Source of the DNA: Aplysia californica
Taxonomy: Eukaryota
Assembly: GCF_000002075.1 (NCBI RefSeq)
Contig: NW_004797711.1
Coordinates: 358,538-422,537 of the forward strand
DNA length: 64,000 bases
Reading direction: 5' to 3'
In this document: positions 1 to 13,139 of the stretch, piece by piece
Numbering within the stretch: the first letter of the stretch is position 1
Layout of the letters: the number at the start of each line of letters is the position of its first letter
Notes under the pieces: model-generated
The model's database searches: none
What the model saw: only the letters and a program-made list of their open reading frames with translations
What the model was told of the DNA's origin: nothing
Made by a program: the position numbers and the translations under genes

Positions 1-569
1 AAAAAAAAAAGAAGAAAAAAAGAAGACATGGATTCGATTCCTTTGCTGAGAAGTTATTTAAATGTAAGCGAGTACCTCCAACTGTGCCAATTGTGGATGG
101 GATCGAGTCGGGTCGGGTCGGGTCTGGTAGGGTCGGGTCGGGTTGGATCGATCGCCCGATTTGTCGCCTGAAACAAAATTTTGAAGCGACAAGTCGGGCA
201 CGATCAGCTTGAGCCACGATATATAGCCGCTTTGCGCCCTCAATCTGGCTAGCAAACCGACCCGACTCGATCCCCCTATGGTCACCCCGTAGATCTATAA
301 TGTGCTAGTATATCATTATGCTGTATTCCACGGCCTCTTGATTGGCCTTAGCGGGCAAGGTAGAAGAACTTCGTCTCTTTAATAATTGTCTAGATCTAGC
401 TGTATTAATGGGCGCTCAAAACAAAAATGTAAAGAGCAAGAAACAAAACGAAATTAATAGATGTCTTACATGTGTGTCCCATTTCCTTTATTTCACTTTT
501 AATTTTTTATTTTTTGTAGGTTATTAGGACGGAATAATGGCTCTTCGTCTTTTCATACAAAGGGTGGTG

Positions 570-618
<49 letters not shown>

Positions 619-1177
619 CCTCTCTCTCTCTCTCTCTTGCCTGTTTTAACTCCCAGTGGAGCACAGCCATCAACAGCATTACTCCAGCGAAGCCTGTCCT
701 AAGCATCCTTTTCTAGCTGTTTCAATTTCCGCTTGTACCGCTCGCCTCCATGTCATCTTTGGTCTTACACTCCATATTTTCTCCTTTCCTCGGTGATGAA
801 GGTCCTCCATCTTCCAGAGCTGGCGGTCGTGTTGCTTTTGCTGTTGATGTTTTTGTAGCTGCTTTTTGTTTTACGGGAAAGGGCTGCTACCCTTTGCCCA
901 ACCAGCTTTAGTCGCCTTCTACGACATGTACGGTACGGATACAGTGGTCCTCTTCTTTGCTCCCCCCTCTCTTGGACAGGGCCGCGAGAACCACACGGGT
1001 GGGTGGCAGATACATAGGCCTATTAGAACAGACGAGACGCTGCTCGTGGAAAGTAAAAAAAAAAAAGGGGCCGGACAAGTTGACAACATGGCTAGGAGCA
1101 GCAAGAACAACAGAACTGCAACGCAAGACAGAGTGAAGCGGAGGTCCATGATCGCCCACGCCAGTCGGCAAGGCACC

Positions 1178-1216
<39 letters not shown>

Positions 1217-1352
1217 CAGCATGGCATGAACACAACGCGATTAATGGGTCGCACGAGGCAGGGCTTTGGACACTTAGGTACGGCATGGACCAGAAAACTC
1301 TGGAATTAACTTAGTTGGCAATCAGCCCAGAGAACGAAATTTTACAGGATCT

Positions 1353-1412
<60 letters not shown>

Positions 1413-1884
1413 GGGTATTTCTTTTACCAATTGTATCGACATTGTTTTGTTTTGTTTTTTCTTGCTACATTACAACAGCTGGCCGACGTTATGCACTGGT
1501 TGGCTTTCATGCCCTCTCCACACTTGTCTTTGTCCCTCAGAGCTTCCATCAGGGGTGGGGAGAGGTTAGGAGGAAGGAGGGAGGGGGAGGCGGATTAAAT
1601 TTGAGCTAGTGACCCGTAACTCTAAGTGGAGTTAGCTGAGGCCTGTGTTGAAATCCCCCAGAGATAATACGTAGGCCCTACATATTTCTGTAAGAGACCA
1701 GGGACAAGATCTATGTTCTTGAGCATGGTTGGTGGATTGGCTTGGGCGAAGGGAAACAAAAAATAATGACTCTAGAGCTGATGAGAGCTTTCACTTACAC
1801 CAAATGTCTACGCAACACCCCCTCTGGTGAGATCCAACGCCAAACCCCCACAATCTGCCAAGAGAACACAATTTTACAGGATCT

Positions 1885-1951
<67 letters not shown>

Positions 1952-2039
1952 CGTTTGACGGACGAACTTTTTTGTAACGCAAGACAGTAAAGTTCCCGCC
2001 AACAAGGTAGCCTACATTCATGCGTGTGCCTGCCCCTGG

Positions 2040-2615
2040 AACTTGGAAGAACGTATTGGCCTGCCCTGTCCAAACTGCGGCCATGCTGCCTTTCATAGGG
2101 CCTACTCATTGGTGAGACTAGTGAGAGAAACAAAAATAATATTTTTCTCCCCGCCCACCTAACCCCTGACCGCACGCTGAGGTCAACGTAATGCGTTAAC
2201 AACAAGAAACGAGGTCAGGTGCGAGGGCCGCGGAAACGAGAGCGAAAACCCATCGACCTGGCCCACAGTCCAAATATAGTGCAAGTCTATGCGAGAGACC
2301 GATTACTACACTGTTATGTTGCGATGGCTGCCTCCACTCTCTCCACTCTCCACCTCGCTGACCCGCATTTTGGATGGTCTATTTTTGTCTTTCACTTCGA
2401 ACCGTTTCTTCTCCAGGCCAGCTTGAATCGTGACGCGGTTTCCCCAGATAGCAAGTTGCAAAACGCGCGTTGATTCGTCGAATTTTGTTTTGGTCGTGTG
2501 CACGGCGTTCATTGGTCAATTTTGACATATCGACCTACTTTCAACGTTCCAAACTACAACTCATAGCGTCGTTTTCTTGGTTCAGGAAGGTAGACAGACG
2601 TGCTGACGAATTCAG
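2040..2615 (+). promoter_or_regulatory. Putative promoter and non-coding first exon of the Lys/Ala-rich peptide gene
   Basis: CpG-enriched segment with several ATTGG (reverse CCAAT) boxes near 2055, 2108 and 2511, a GC-box-like CCCGCCC near 2150, and a donor CAG|gtaatg at 2615/2616. The next good acceptor upstream of the ATG is at 6876/6877. Confidence 0.5.
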
Positions 2616-3384
2616 GTAATGTTTCCCACTTACTTTTATGTCAATTGTTTTAAAAGTGATTTACAATGACAAGCATTGCCAGTGATCATAGAGTGTTTTG
2701 TGCCTTGGAGTGCGCAGTAAGTTTTAAAGTCACGTGCTTGGGGTGTATTTTTAGTGCGATTAGAGGCCAAATTACTCAATTTGCATGAAGTTTTTATCGA
2801 CTGCTACGCTTCACCCTGGGACGTAGGCCTACCTTCGAAGCCATTGGGGAAGTGGTCTGTGAATTTGCGGATCAGCTCAGCCCGAAACTGTGAGGTTGCA
2901 ATCTATTTATCAACAGCAGAATAAATTTGAGACTCGTTTTGTCTTGCAATCGTGACATCTGTGCATAATAGCAAGGTTTTCTGTTCCTGTTTGTGTTGAT
3001 AGCACCAGTGCAGAACTTGTTGATGTGTGTAAAAGGTCAAACTGCAAGCTTGGGCTTGGATAGGATTGTTAATGTTACTGTTTACTGAACTGTTGACATG
3101 GTTTGTGCACTGTTCAGCTATCTGTAGCTGTAGCTTGAATGGAGTTTTGATTTTTAGATCAAAATCTAGCATTTTACATAATTTTCCAGATCTAGATCTA
3201 TCGATTCCACGTTCGACTGATGTTCCTTTTAACTTTGGCCTTCCTACTTAGACTTAGACTATCACTATGGTATTTTTTTTACTTTCCCTCCCATCTCACA
3301 CTTAAGCTACCCATTTTTTACTTGATGCGCTGAACATGAATATCAACTTCATTTCTGTCGCAAATTAATAGTTTTTGAAATATC

Positions 3385-6057
3385 TGATTGAACGTTCGGA
3401 GAAATAGTGCCGATCTTTATTTCTCCGAACGGTTTCCGGCTTCCGGTCTCGTGATTTTTTGCCTATTTATTGCGAGAGTTCGACGCCAACTTTCATTCTG
3501 CCTCTGGTCTGGGAAGGAACACCGCATGGCAAGCCCGCCGACAGACAACCTTCTGTAACACCCACCACACACCCACCACCATCATGCACATGTACACACA
3601 CAAACTTATACACACACTAACTAAACATGATCAGTGGGCAACTTTTGAACGTATGACGAGCTGAGCTGTGGATGGAGAGACTGTGTGAGTGACAGAGCAG
3701 GTGAAAGGAAGAATGTACGAGTGTATCCACAGGCGACAGCAACTACAACTACAAGGGGACGACACTGACCCCCCTGGCCTGGTCCACAGCTCACGAACGA
3801 AAGGAATGCGGCTAAGGCAGTGTTTTGCTAATATTATTGTCCATGGTTCACAGGGTGGCAAGGGAATGAGTGATATTTTCTTTGTGTGTGCTTGGAGGGA
3901 GGGGGTGGGGTGTGAAAGTCATACGGACGGAGATGAGCCACACGAGAGAACACGGGAATTGAATGAAAGAGTGAAACTGAAAGAGAGGAATTTAACGACT
4001 CATGAGCCCTGGAGTGAATGGATCCTGTGTTTCTATTTTTGTATACTTTGAACTGTTACTGAATAAAGGCTGAAATAAAGCTCGAAAAACAAACACACAC
4101 ACGCTCCTCACTCTCCACTTACACACTTACTACCACACACTCACACATGCATACACACACACACACACACACACAGGAGCAAATGTTTAGGTCTAGATCT
4201 ATATCTATTTCAATTTTCAAGAGCTAGTCGAGAGATTTTTAGATGAGTGTAAAAACGTGAAAAAGAAAGGTTTCACAACCGAATGAAATCAAAATTAGAA
4301 CAGCCCATAAACAACCACAAAAATTAACAAATAAGGGCGTGAGTCAACTTGTCCGAAGAAGATTGGCTGTTTTAACTGTTCTCTAAATGTGCGTAATTTT
4401 AAAACAAAGTACAGGATATTACATGTAAATTATGGAATCACACACATTAAGGGGCCTGCCAGTGTCAGTACATGTAATCGGTTTTGGTGGAACATACGTT
4501 CTAACATAACACATTTAAATCTATATATATATATACATGTATTTAGAGTCTAATAAAGGTCTAGGAACATCAAATTAAATGACGTTACACTATACAACAT
4601 CCCCCCCACCCCCCCCCTTTTTTTTCCCCCAACAAAAAAAGAATTGATAGAAAAACAACACATCAGAACAATGACAAGAAAGAAAAAAATACACACTAAC
4701 AAAATAAAACACCACAAAGAGGGAAAAATAAAAGTTAACTGTAACATATTCAACAAATCAACGTGGTGACAGCAAGTGAGAAAGAGACCAAGTGAAGCTA
4801 GCTGAACTTTCTTTCAAAAGTAAAGAGGTTCGGTTTCTTTCTTTTTTTTCTTTTCTTTTTTTTCTTTGACCAAAAAATGCCCAAAAAATCGAGCCACGAT
4901 TGATTGGTCGCGGCCGCGACAAACGCAGGACGCAGATGCTAGTTCTATGTGTCGTTATCAATAACCCTCCGTAGATCTAGATCTAGATCTAGACAGCATA
5001 CGAGTTTACACCACACATTAAGTTCAAGAGCAGCACCCTTCATAGGCAGTGGCGTTGCGTGAGTTGGAGACATGGTGGTGCATAATTGGAAATTGAGCAA
5101 ATGGGCAATAGGCTTAGTAGCTAGATCTACTAGTAAGATTTCTAGAGAAAGTCAATTAGAATCTGCAGGATATTCCGTAATCTACATCTATCGATATTTA
5201 CAACTGTTTCTAGATGAAACCGCATTAAAGCTGCAATAACGTGAAATAATACTACCAACTCACTATGCTCACAATCTGAGAAGATTTAAAGATTTCTAAT
5301 TACTTCGTGCAGCACCAGGACTTGTTACACAATAGAGGGAGACAACAGTTTCGATACCCATTCTTCATTGAGTAACCGTAGACTCTACTAGCGTTGTAGA
5401 TAGGCTCGCGGAAACTTGGATCAAATTTTTAGCTTGCACCAAATTGGGGCTGCGAAGAAGAGTTTCAAGCACCTTTCTTCTTGTGCGGGAAGAACGTTGC
5501 CTAGATTTCTCTACAGTGACAAAAATAACTTTGGTGCAGAGATTTTGCTTGCTCCTAGTAGACGCTACCGCAAGCGGTGCGACGAGCATAAACCATCCTC
5601 GTTGTCTGTCTCTTCACTGGCGCAGCCAGCGGGTGATGGATCGCAAGGATGTGTACATTTTAGTGGGCTAGGCCTAGTGTAGATCTAGAGCACTGACTGG
5701 TTTAGAACTATTAGAAAGGGGGGGGGGGGGCAGGGTTAGGTGGAGCGCTTGCACCAATTGCACCAATGGCGCCCCGCCACTGTTCACTGTTCTAGCGAAA
5801 AACTGTTTGGAACTGTAGCATTTCTTATATAAATGTTTACTGCGGACATTTTTTGGACCGATTGAACCATATTGTATACGAACAATCTATGGTAGGCCTA
5901 TACTATAATTATAGATCTATATAATATCCGAAATTTGCGGGAAAGGATGTGATTTCAGAGTGTTCGGAGAAATAATGCCCAGCTTTATTACCCCGAACGT
6001 TTGGAGAAATAGTGCCTAGCTATATTTTCCCGAATGTACTGAGAAATAATGCCGGCC
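3385..6057. mobile_element. Non-autonomous DNA element with GTTCGGAGAAATAG subterminal repeats (same family as 40541-42580)
   Basis: TTCGGAGAAATA motifs in both orientations at ~3390-3430 and ~5960-6057. The right end is GCCGGCC. Confidence 0.45.
5047..5782. mobile_element. Old hAT-like MITE
   Basis: CAGTGGCG...CGCCACTG termini. The 8-bp flanks match only partly (TTCATAGG vs TTCACTGT). Confidence 0.4.
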
Positions 6058-6636
6058 TTTTTCTTAATCGAGATTATAGACATGCTTTGGCCCGGGGGGT
6101 TACAGGGGGGGTAAAAGAAAATCTGGCGTTACTGGCCCCCTGAAGCCCATAAAATTTGATATTTTACATAGATCTAGATTCTAGATTTGAAATTTTCTTT
6201 AAAATAATTGATTTGCTATAGTTAATGGCTTTATGTGTGATCTGCAGCAAACAGTACTGCAGTTTGACCCCTGAAGTTGTGCTTATTCTCTGTATGCGGG
6301 AGTTAAAGTAAAAATGTCCAACTTTAGTTTTTGTTTTTATTGAATTGTTTTTTTCTATCAATCATTCAGTGAGCCCATATTAGCAAGCACCACACATCTT
6401 TTATCTCTTCTACCTCCCCATTTTTTAAACTGTCTTGTACAGTTTTGTTCTAATCGGCTGTCCTATATATGGGTTTGACTATGGCTCAAATGTTCTGGTT
6501 GAATTGGTCTGCAGAAGTGCTGCAGAATTATTATAAATTATAAAGCCCAGGCAGTGCTTTCCTTTTTGAAAACCAGATCTTTATGTTGGTTGTTTTTTAG
6601 GTTTTGTTTTAAAACATTTATTCTGGCATTGTCTCT

Positions 6637-6834
6637 GTAAGCCTTCTTGATTCTTGTGATTTGAAATAAGTTAATACCCTGTGATGTAAGCCTTCTTGAT
6701 TCTTGTGATTTGAAATAAGTTAATACCCTGTGATGTAAGCCTTCTTGATTCTTGTGATTTGAAATAAGTTAATACCCTGTGATGTAAGCTTTCTTGATTC
6801 TTGTGATTTGAAATAAGTTAATACCCTGTGATGT
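6637..6834. repeat. 49-bp minisatellite x4
   Basis: TGTAAGCCTTCTTGATTCTTGTGATTTGAAATAAGTTAATACCCTGTGA, near-perfect copies. Confidence 0.95.
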
Positions 6835-6923
6835 ATCTTTCAACTTGGATTAAAAAATTCTCCTTTAAATTTCCAGACAATCCTGTTGTGACGTTCAAGT
6901 ATCAATTGCTTAGCTCTCTCATC

Positions 6924-9086
6924 ATGGCAGCAGCTAAAGGTCGTGGAAAGAAGGCAGCCGGAGACTCTGGAGCTGCAGCTAAAGCAGGTAGGATGTGAGT
7001 GGTGGACAGGTGCAGCTAAAGCAGGTAGGATATGAGTGGTTGACGGGTGCAGCTAAAGCAGGTAGGATGTGAGTGGTTGACGGGTGCAGCTAAAGCAGGT
7101 AGGATGTGAGTGGTTGACGGGTGCAGCTAGAGCAGGTAGGATGTGAGTGGTTGACGGGTGCTCTGGTGTGCTTCTTTGTCCCTAGTTGTCCTTCTTTGGT
7201 TCTAAATAGAGTCCAGTGGTGCACACCGTTGGGAACCAGAATTATAATTATGTCAGTGTGCCCAGTTTTGGATCATACATCCTTACAAGTCTTTGGGCCT
7301 TCCACTTCCACACCATCTTGCTGAGCTGGCAGGGTAAAGCTGATACAACTACTAACTACTCTAAGACAATTGAAAGTATTCAAGACCAGTAGTGGTCTGT
7401 GGGTGATTGGCGGGTGCTCTGGTGGGGTTTGCTCCTTCTTTCCTAGTAAATATCCTTTCTCTCCTCCTTCTTTTTTGTGTATGTAACTTTCTTGTAACAC
7501 CTCTATTCCTCGGCACTTGTATAACCTTTAAATTATGTTGCAAGAGCAAGTGGCGTAAAACTGTTACTAAAACTAGAACCAGTTGTGGTCTAGTCTATGT
7601 CGTGTAGTTAAGTGGCAGACCCCTGACACACACGCAGAAACTCCGTCACCTGGACACAATGCAAATTGTGGGTATGTCATTAACAAAATATTATTAGCCT
7701 TTCTCATTTGTGTATAGCGTTTAGCTTGGCATATCCACCTGTGTTGATGCCTTTGCTTAAGATGCCTATTACAATTTTCTGTTTTATTGTTATTATATGT
7801 TCATGGCAAAATGTGGTCAGTATTGAGCTTATCTGGCAACTCACCTCTAATAACTTTCCTTCACTTCTGTATGATAAAATTAGCTTTGAAAAGAAATTTA
7901 TTAATGCAGTTTGATTGAATTATATGATTATGTGGACTTCCAATGCATTTATCATAATTTTGTTGTGAGGTGTCGTTCGAATTTATAATATTTTTTTTAT
8001 AATACCAGGAAATGTGTTTTCTATTCTTTTGTGAAACACTCACTTCTGGTTGGAGTTATACAGTAACCATGGCTTCTTTTTTGTTCCCAGCGAAAAAGCC
8101 AGCAAAGAAGGCAACAGCAAAGAAAGGAAAGAAAACAGGTAAGCATCTTTTTATCATAATTTTTGTCTAACTACATGATGTAAAAATAAGGAAATATGGC
8201 TTTGAAATGGTGGTGTCAAGGGCAATGGATAAGTTTAGTGACAGCAAAATTGAAGAGCATACGTATTGTATTGTTCTAGGTATGCCTTTTTGAGAGAAAG
8301 GCGAACAAATTGATTTTTAGAGAAGTACAATTGTAGTGGAGAGATCAGTTTGAAGAGGTATGACTTTTAGTTTGGTTGACACATGTCTTTCTCTTAAATT
8401 TATTTTGGGCTTAGTACTAACTCCAAGGTCAAGTCTGAGCTCTTCTACGGCTGTGTAACTTGAAAGACAGACAACAAAGACAGTACTGAATAAATTCCAG
8501 ACTTTCATCAACAGATGTATTAGGAGTATCCTAAGAATTAAGTGGCAGAATAAAATAAGAAATGGTGAGCTGTGGGAAAGGACAGGACAAAAGGATATAT
8601 AGAATTAGAAATAGGAGTAAGAAAGTGGCGATGGATGTGACACACATTCAGAAAACCCAGCGGAAACATCACAAGACAATCGCTGCAGTGGAACCCACAG
8701 GGAGCACGAGGCAGGGTAAGCCACGAGAAACATGGAGGAGATGTGTGGAAAGGGACATGAGAAAGATGAAGCTCACTTGGAAGGATGGCCCAGGACAGAG
8801 ATACAGTGGAAACCTGATATAACAGGGATTTTGGGAACAGAGAAAAAGTCCTGTTGTGTCAGATCTCTGTTAAATCAGAAATGCGAGGGAAGGAATCATT
8901 TGTGGACTAATCCAGCTGTATTATTCATGGATAGTTTCCCATGGTCTCCGCCTGATACATTACGTGTGCGTATAGCTAGGCTTAGTGCTAGATTGAAGTC
9001 TGCAGCTCACCGCAGCCCTCTCTCGCTTCACCTGCTGCGTGTGCTTGCAGTGGCGTGGCTTGCATGGGCTTGCTCCATCACTGCAT

Positions 9087-9125
<39 letters not shown>

Positions 9126-10516
9126 TTTATACACATTGTTAACAAGCCTTTGTCCCTGCTATAACCGATTGGGCTCCAATGAGGCCCTTTTCTTGGCGAT
9201 AACTTTTAATAGGAAGAAAGAGTAGGAAAAAACTAGGATTTTAAAACATCAGTTATTACCGGATCCCTGTTATATATATGGTTTCCACTGTAAATGGAAG
9301 GAGCCTGTATGTGGCCTATACCCTGCCAGGGGTGAAAGGCATTGATGATGATGATGATTATCTGTATGTCATTTTAAATATCATTTTAAATATTTAGTAT
9401 GGCTTGAGGATGTGAGTTGTAAGTTCCATGTCATGATGTTCTTGCTTTCTTTCTATCTGTTAACTTACTCCTTCTTATCCTTACTGTGAACTTTCTTTGA
9501 TCTATGTGGGGATTGTTTAAGGATGTCACTGGAGGCTGTGGTCCCGTCACAGTTTGGTCACATCTGATCAAGTCTGATTTTTTAAAGACACACTGGAAAA
9601 TATCTGGTCGCTTTTAAAAGGACAAGCGGGCTAACCCAGATTCCGGGGATTCCCAAAAATCTTGACCTACACCAAAAGTGGGCATTGCCCTACTTGAGAA
9701 GTTTGGTTTCATTGGTGTGAATATTTGTTTATAGAGAGAAAATTCTCCTTGTTTTTTAATGAAACTGAACAAGGGGCAAAAACTTTACCTTCGATTTTCT
9801 CAAAATAGCATTTTTCGGGATAGCCCACTTGTCCTTAAAAGCGACCATCTGTGAAGGACTTTTTAACATGAATTCCTTAACACGGGAGAGCAAAGCTTCC
9901 AACAGACAGTTGGATAGCAGCCTGAATTAGAATTGAAGCCAAGAGAGAGGCCACCTGTCCAAATGACCACTTCCCACTTCCCCATTTTCGTTTGAAGAAA
10001 TATTTTGTTGGCACTTTCCATGATATGTTGAAGAAAAAGCACTTTCTTCTCGACAATGGGTGGTCGTCTTGGATAATTTCGATGGTAGCTATTTTTTATA
10101 TTTTTTTTGGCTTCCTTGAGTAGTAAAACACTTTTCCAGAGTTTGATACTGCAAATGACACAATACAGGTGCTTTGCAAATGTGTCTTTTAGATAGTTTT
10201 ACAGTGGAATCTACTTAAACCGAAATCTGGGCGACAGCCAGGTTTTCTTCGGTCTAGCTGGATTTTCAGTTAAGATAGGTTGCTCAAATAGAAGAAAAAA
10301 TATGGGAGGTTTTTTTATTTTCTTTTGGATTATCGCTGTTTTCGGAATACCGTGTTTGGTTTAAGCTGACTCCACTGCATATCTTACAGATGATAATTTG
10401 TAAAAGCTTGTGTGTTAAATAAAAATGGTGTGATGTTCATTTCAGGAGGAGTAAAGAAAGCCAAGGCAAAGGCAGCGGCCAAAGGGAAAGGGAAGAAGGC
10501 CGCAGCAAAGAAATGA
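6924..10516 (+). CDS. 60-aa Lys/Ala-rich basic peptide, molluscidin-like (histone H1 tail-like); join(6924..6987,8091..8138,10446..10516)
   Basis: Canonical splice sites: ttccag|6877, GCAG|gtagga after 6987, ttcccag|8091, ACAG|gtaagc after 8138, ttcag|10446. Both coding introns are phase 1. The 183-nt ORF translates to MAAAKGRGKKAAGDSGAAAKAAKKPAKKATAKKGKKTGGVKKAKAKAAAKGKGKKAAAKK* (22 K, 21 A). KK dibasic repeats, a KKPAKK motif and no signal peptide resemble oyster/abalone molluscidins (recalled, not searched). Confidence 0.85.
6974..7158. repeat. 37-bp tandem repeat x5 spanning an exon/intron junction
   Basis: TGCAGCTAAAGCAGGTAGGATGTGAGTGGTTGACGGG units start at 6974, 7011, 7048, 7085 and 7122. 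Confidence 0.95.
8380..9358 (+). mobile_element. RTE-type LINE 3' fragment (interrupted by the MITE)
   Basis: Decayed RT C-terminal motifs (FINRCIRSILRIKWQNKIRN, GKPRETWRR) and a (GAT)n tail at ~9343-9358. Confidence 0.7.
8804..9290. mobile_element. Tc1/mariner (pogo-like) MITE inserted into an RTE LINE fragment
   Basis: TA|CAGTGGAAACC...GGTTTCCACTG|TA. Removing it rejoins the LINE frame (...AQDRDKWKE...). Confidence 0.75.
9605..9847. mobile_element. Short MITE, unclassified
   Basis: TIRs TGGTCGCTTTTAAAAGGACAAGCGGGCTA and TAGCCCACTTGTCCTTAAAAGCGACCA. Confidence 0.6.
10200..10378. mobile_element. Short pogo-like MITE; second copy in opposite orientation at ~27323-27503
   Basis: TACAGTGGAATC...GACTCCACTG ends. 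The internal sequence matches the reverse complement of the 27.4-kb copy. Confidence 0.55.
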
Positions 10517-11946
10517 GCCACTACCTTTAGCCTCTTTTTTTTATTTTTTGCACTCAACCTTGTTTTCTTTTATTCTGTACCATTATTGTTAGTTTGATAT
10601 TATGATTATACATTGTATTATATTATATTGCACCAATGATGGGCCTGTGTAAAATATCTCAAAATCGGAAAAAAAAACAGTTTTGAACGATGCTGAAGGG
10701 AGCATCAGGTATGATTGATCTCATATATGAATTTCCAATTTTTGCATTGTTTTTTTTTTTTTTTAAATGTTGCTTTTGAACAGAAAAGTTATTGAGAAAA
10801 TCTTTTTAATGAAGAAATGGGAAATTACATTGGTCACATTGTTGAAGTGCTTGTGATTGATATTTAACAGGTCAATGTCTTCATGTATTCATGGACTGTA
10901 CTTTTTCACTTTGTCTAGACTAGCTCAATTGTGTCTTTGTTCTTTCTCTTTCTCTCTCCCCCTCCCTCCCTCTATGTCCCTCTATTCTTGGTCTCTTTTC
11001 CATACTCACACTCTCTTGCCTTCGTCCAGCTAAATCCTACACATTGTATTTATCATTGCGTTGAGATATATATTATATATATACCAGTGGCCATATAGTG
11101 CCCAGTATCATGGATTTTTACACGTTTTATTCACCGTACACGTCTGGTCTACAGTTTATGCTGACTAAGTCAACATTCAGCTTAATTATTGAATACTAAA
11201 TACCCATTTTGGATACGGTAACCCCCTCCCCAGTATTTTTTAAGTTATCAAAATTTTATTATCCTGAGGAAAGTTGCACATCTTCATATATTATATATAT
11301 ATATCCATCCATCTATCTATCATATATTTGATCTTCATCTCATTTTATTTTTGCTTCTTGTAAGCATTCGTGTAATTAACCATTTTTTGGTTATAGTCAT
11401 TTTGTCCTCATTTGTTTTAACCTGCCAATCACTTCAAGGAAACGTGCTTGTTTAGATGATGTCAGCCCTCAGATGCAATAGTGACATTCATTCTTTGGGA
11501 AAATTACCACACTCGAGCATCGGAGGGTTGATGTGTCTGCGTGTCTGAAGTTATGTGTTTATTTTTTAAAAAAGTATTTTTCTTGTTGAAAGTTCGTTTT
11601 GGAAGGAAAAAAAAAGAGCTAAGTTTCAATCATCCTGAGTTTTGTCAGTGGCAATTGATAAAATTTTTAATGAAGTTTTACAATTTAAAGCATGGGAAAA
11701 TATTGTTTTGAAGGTTTATCTTTTAATCTTTTAAAAGAGGAGTCGTTGACGAGCGTTAGTAGGTCAGAATCTTTAGAATATAGGCCTTCATTTTGTTCTA
11801 GATGATTGTGTTTACCTTTAGAAAGTAGTTTTCAAGATGTCAGATGCACTGATTGAATCTCAAAGCACGTTTGGATGGACATACTTGGTTAAGTGTATGT
11901 ATGTGTGGTGATCATGATCAGTTACTTTTACACAAGGCAATATATT

Positions 11947-11952
11947 AATAAA
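11947..11952 (+). terminator. Probable polyadenylation signal of the Lys/Ala-rich peptide gene
   Basis: AATAAA followed ~25 nt later by a T/GT-rich tract, closing a ~1.45-kb AU-rich 3' region. Confidence 0.5.
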
Positions 11953-13139
11953 ATAATTGTCGTTAGTTGAACATTTTTGTTTGTTTTTCTTTTTTTTAGA
12001 TTAATTCAGATATATTTTACCGTGACCAAATACAGAAGATATATAATATAGTTGTTGTTACTGTATTAAGGTAGAAAAATGTTGATCTGTATTTGATCTG
12101 CGTGTCACCTAGCTCTTCGGTTTTGAAGTATTTGAAGTCACATATATACATGTATATATATTCGAATACAATATTTTAGGTCCCTAGCAACGCAATTTAA
12201 ATTTAGCATGTGGACTGCTTTGACCCTGTCTGTCAGAGGCAGCCTGGGCTAGTGTGTTGTTGGTAATACAGCTTTCCTGCAAAAGATTGAAAGACTCGAT
12301 AAATTCCCTTCCTAGGAATGGAACCCACGTCCTTAAAATTTTTCACTTCAACACAAAGAGCCTACTAAACATTAGACCACAGGCACAGACACTGGTTGGA
12401 ACCTCCTCCTCTGTCAAAGTAAGCATGATGTCTTTTGGGCCTTTCATGACTTTCAGGCTGAGGAGAGTGCTACAAAAATTTTATTTTGTAAAAATCCCCT
12501 TGTATTTTTGAGTCATAGATTAGATTTCTCAGAGTTTTCTAGCAACTCAACACCCTTTTCCAAGACAACAGGTTACTGAAGAGATTTAAACTTGAGTCGA
12601 ACTTCAGATGGGAAATCTATTTCCTTTAAATTTAAACTGGGCTGTCCTTACACAAACAGGTCTGTTTAGAAACTTACTCTCAACTGTACTGTAAGGTCAT
12701 ACCCATAGGTTCGAATTCCATCAGGGGCCTGAGGTTGTGTCCAAGGGAAAGGCACTTAACACAAATTTTCCTCTTTGTTGACCCAGGTGGGAATGGGTAG
12801 GCCTGCCTGCCTAAAGACAGACAGCGAATGAAAGATCTTGCCAGTTTTACTTTTACCTGTATTAACGCATCTTGCACTGTAGGCTACTGTATGCTTCCTG
12901 GGAAGCCAAGAATGTTAAAGTATTCTACGGTCTGCTGGGGTAATTTATGTTGTAAAGCACGTAGAGCATGGTTATACGCTATATATAATATGTAAAAATT
13001 AATGCAATTTTATTATTTTTATTTTATAGAATAGAAATGTCTTGACGACAGAGATGATCACTAGTCACCTCCACTGTAGTCAAGTAAGAGACTGGTGCTG
13101 AAGCTGACTGCTATTGTCAGGCCAGTGTGCAAGTGTAAA

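Noticed and set aside
524-2205. ER/LS-repeat ORFs
   Set aside because: These are translations of (GA)n and (GAT)n microsatellites.
3554-4140. Solo LTR (TGTAAC start, AATAAA near end)
   Set aside because: No convincing TSD and no second copy in the window.
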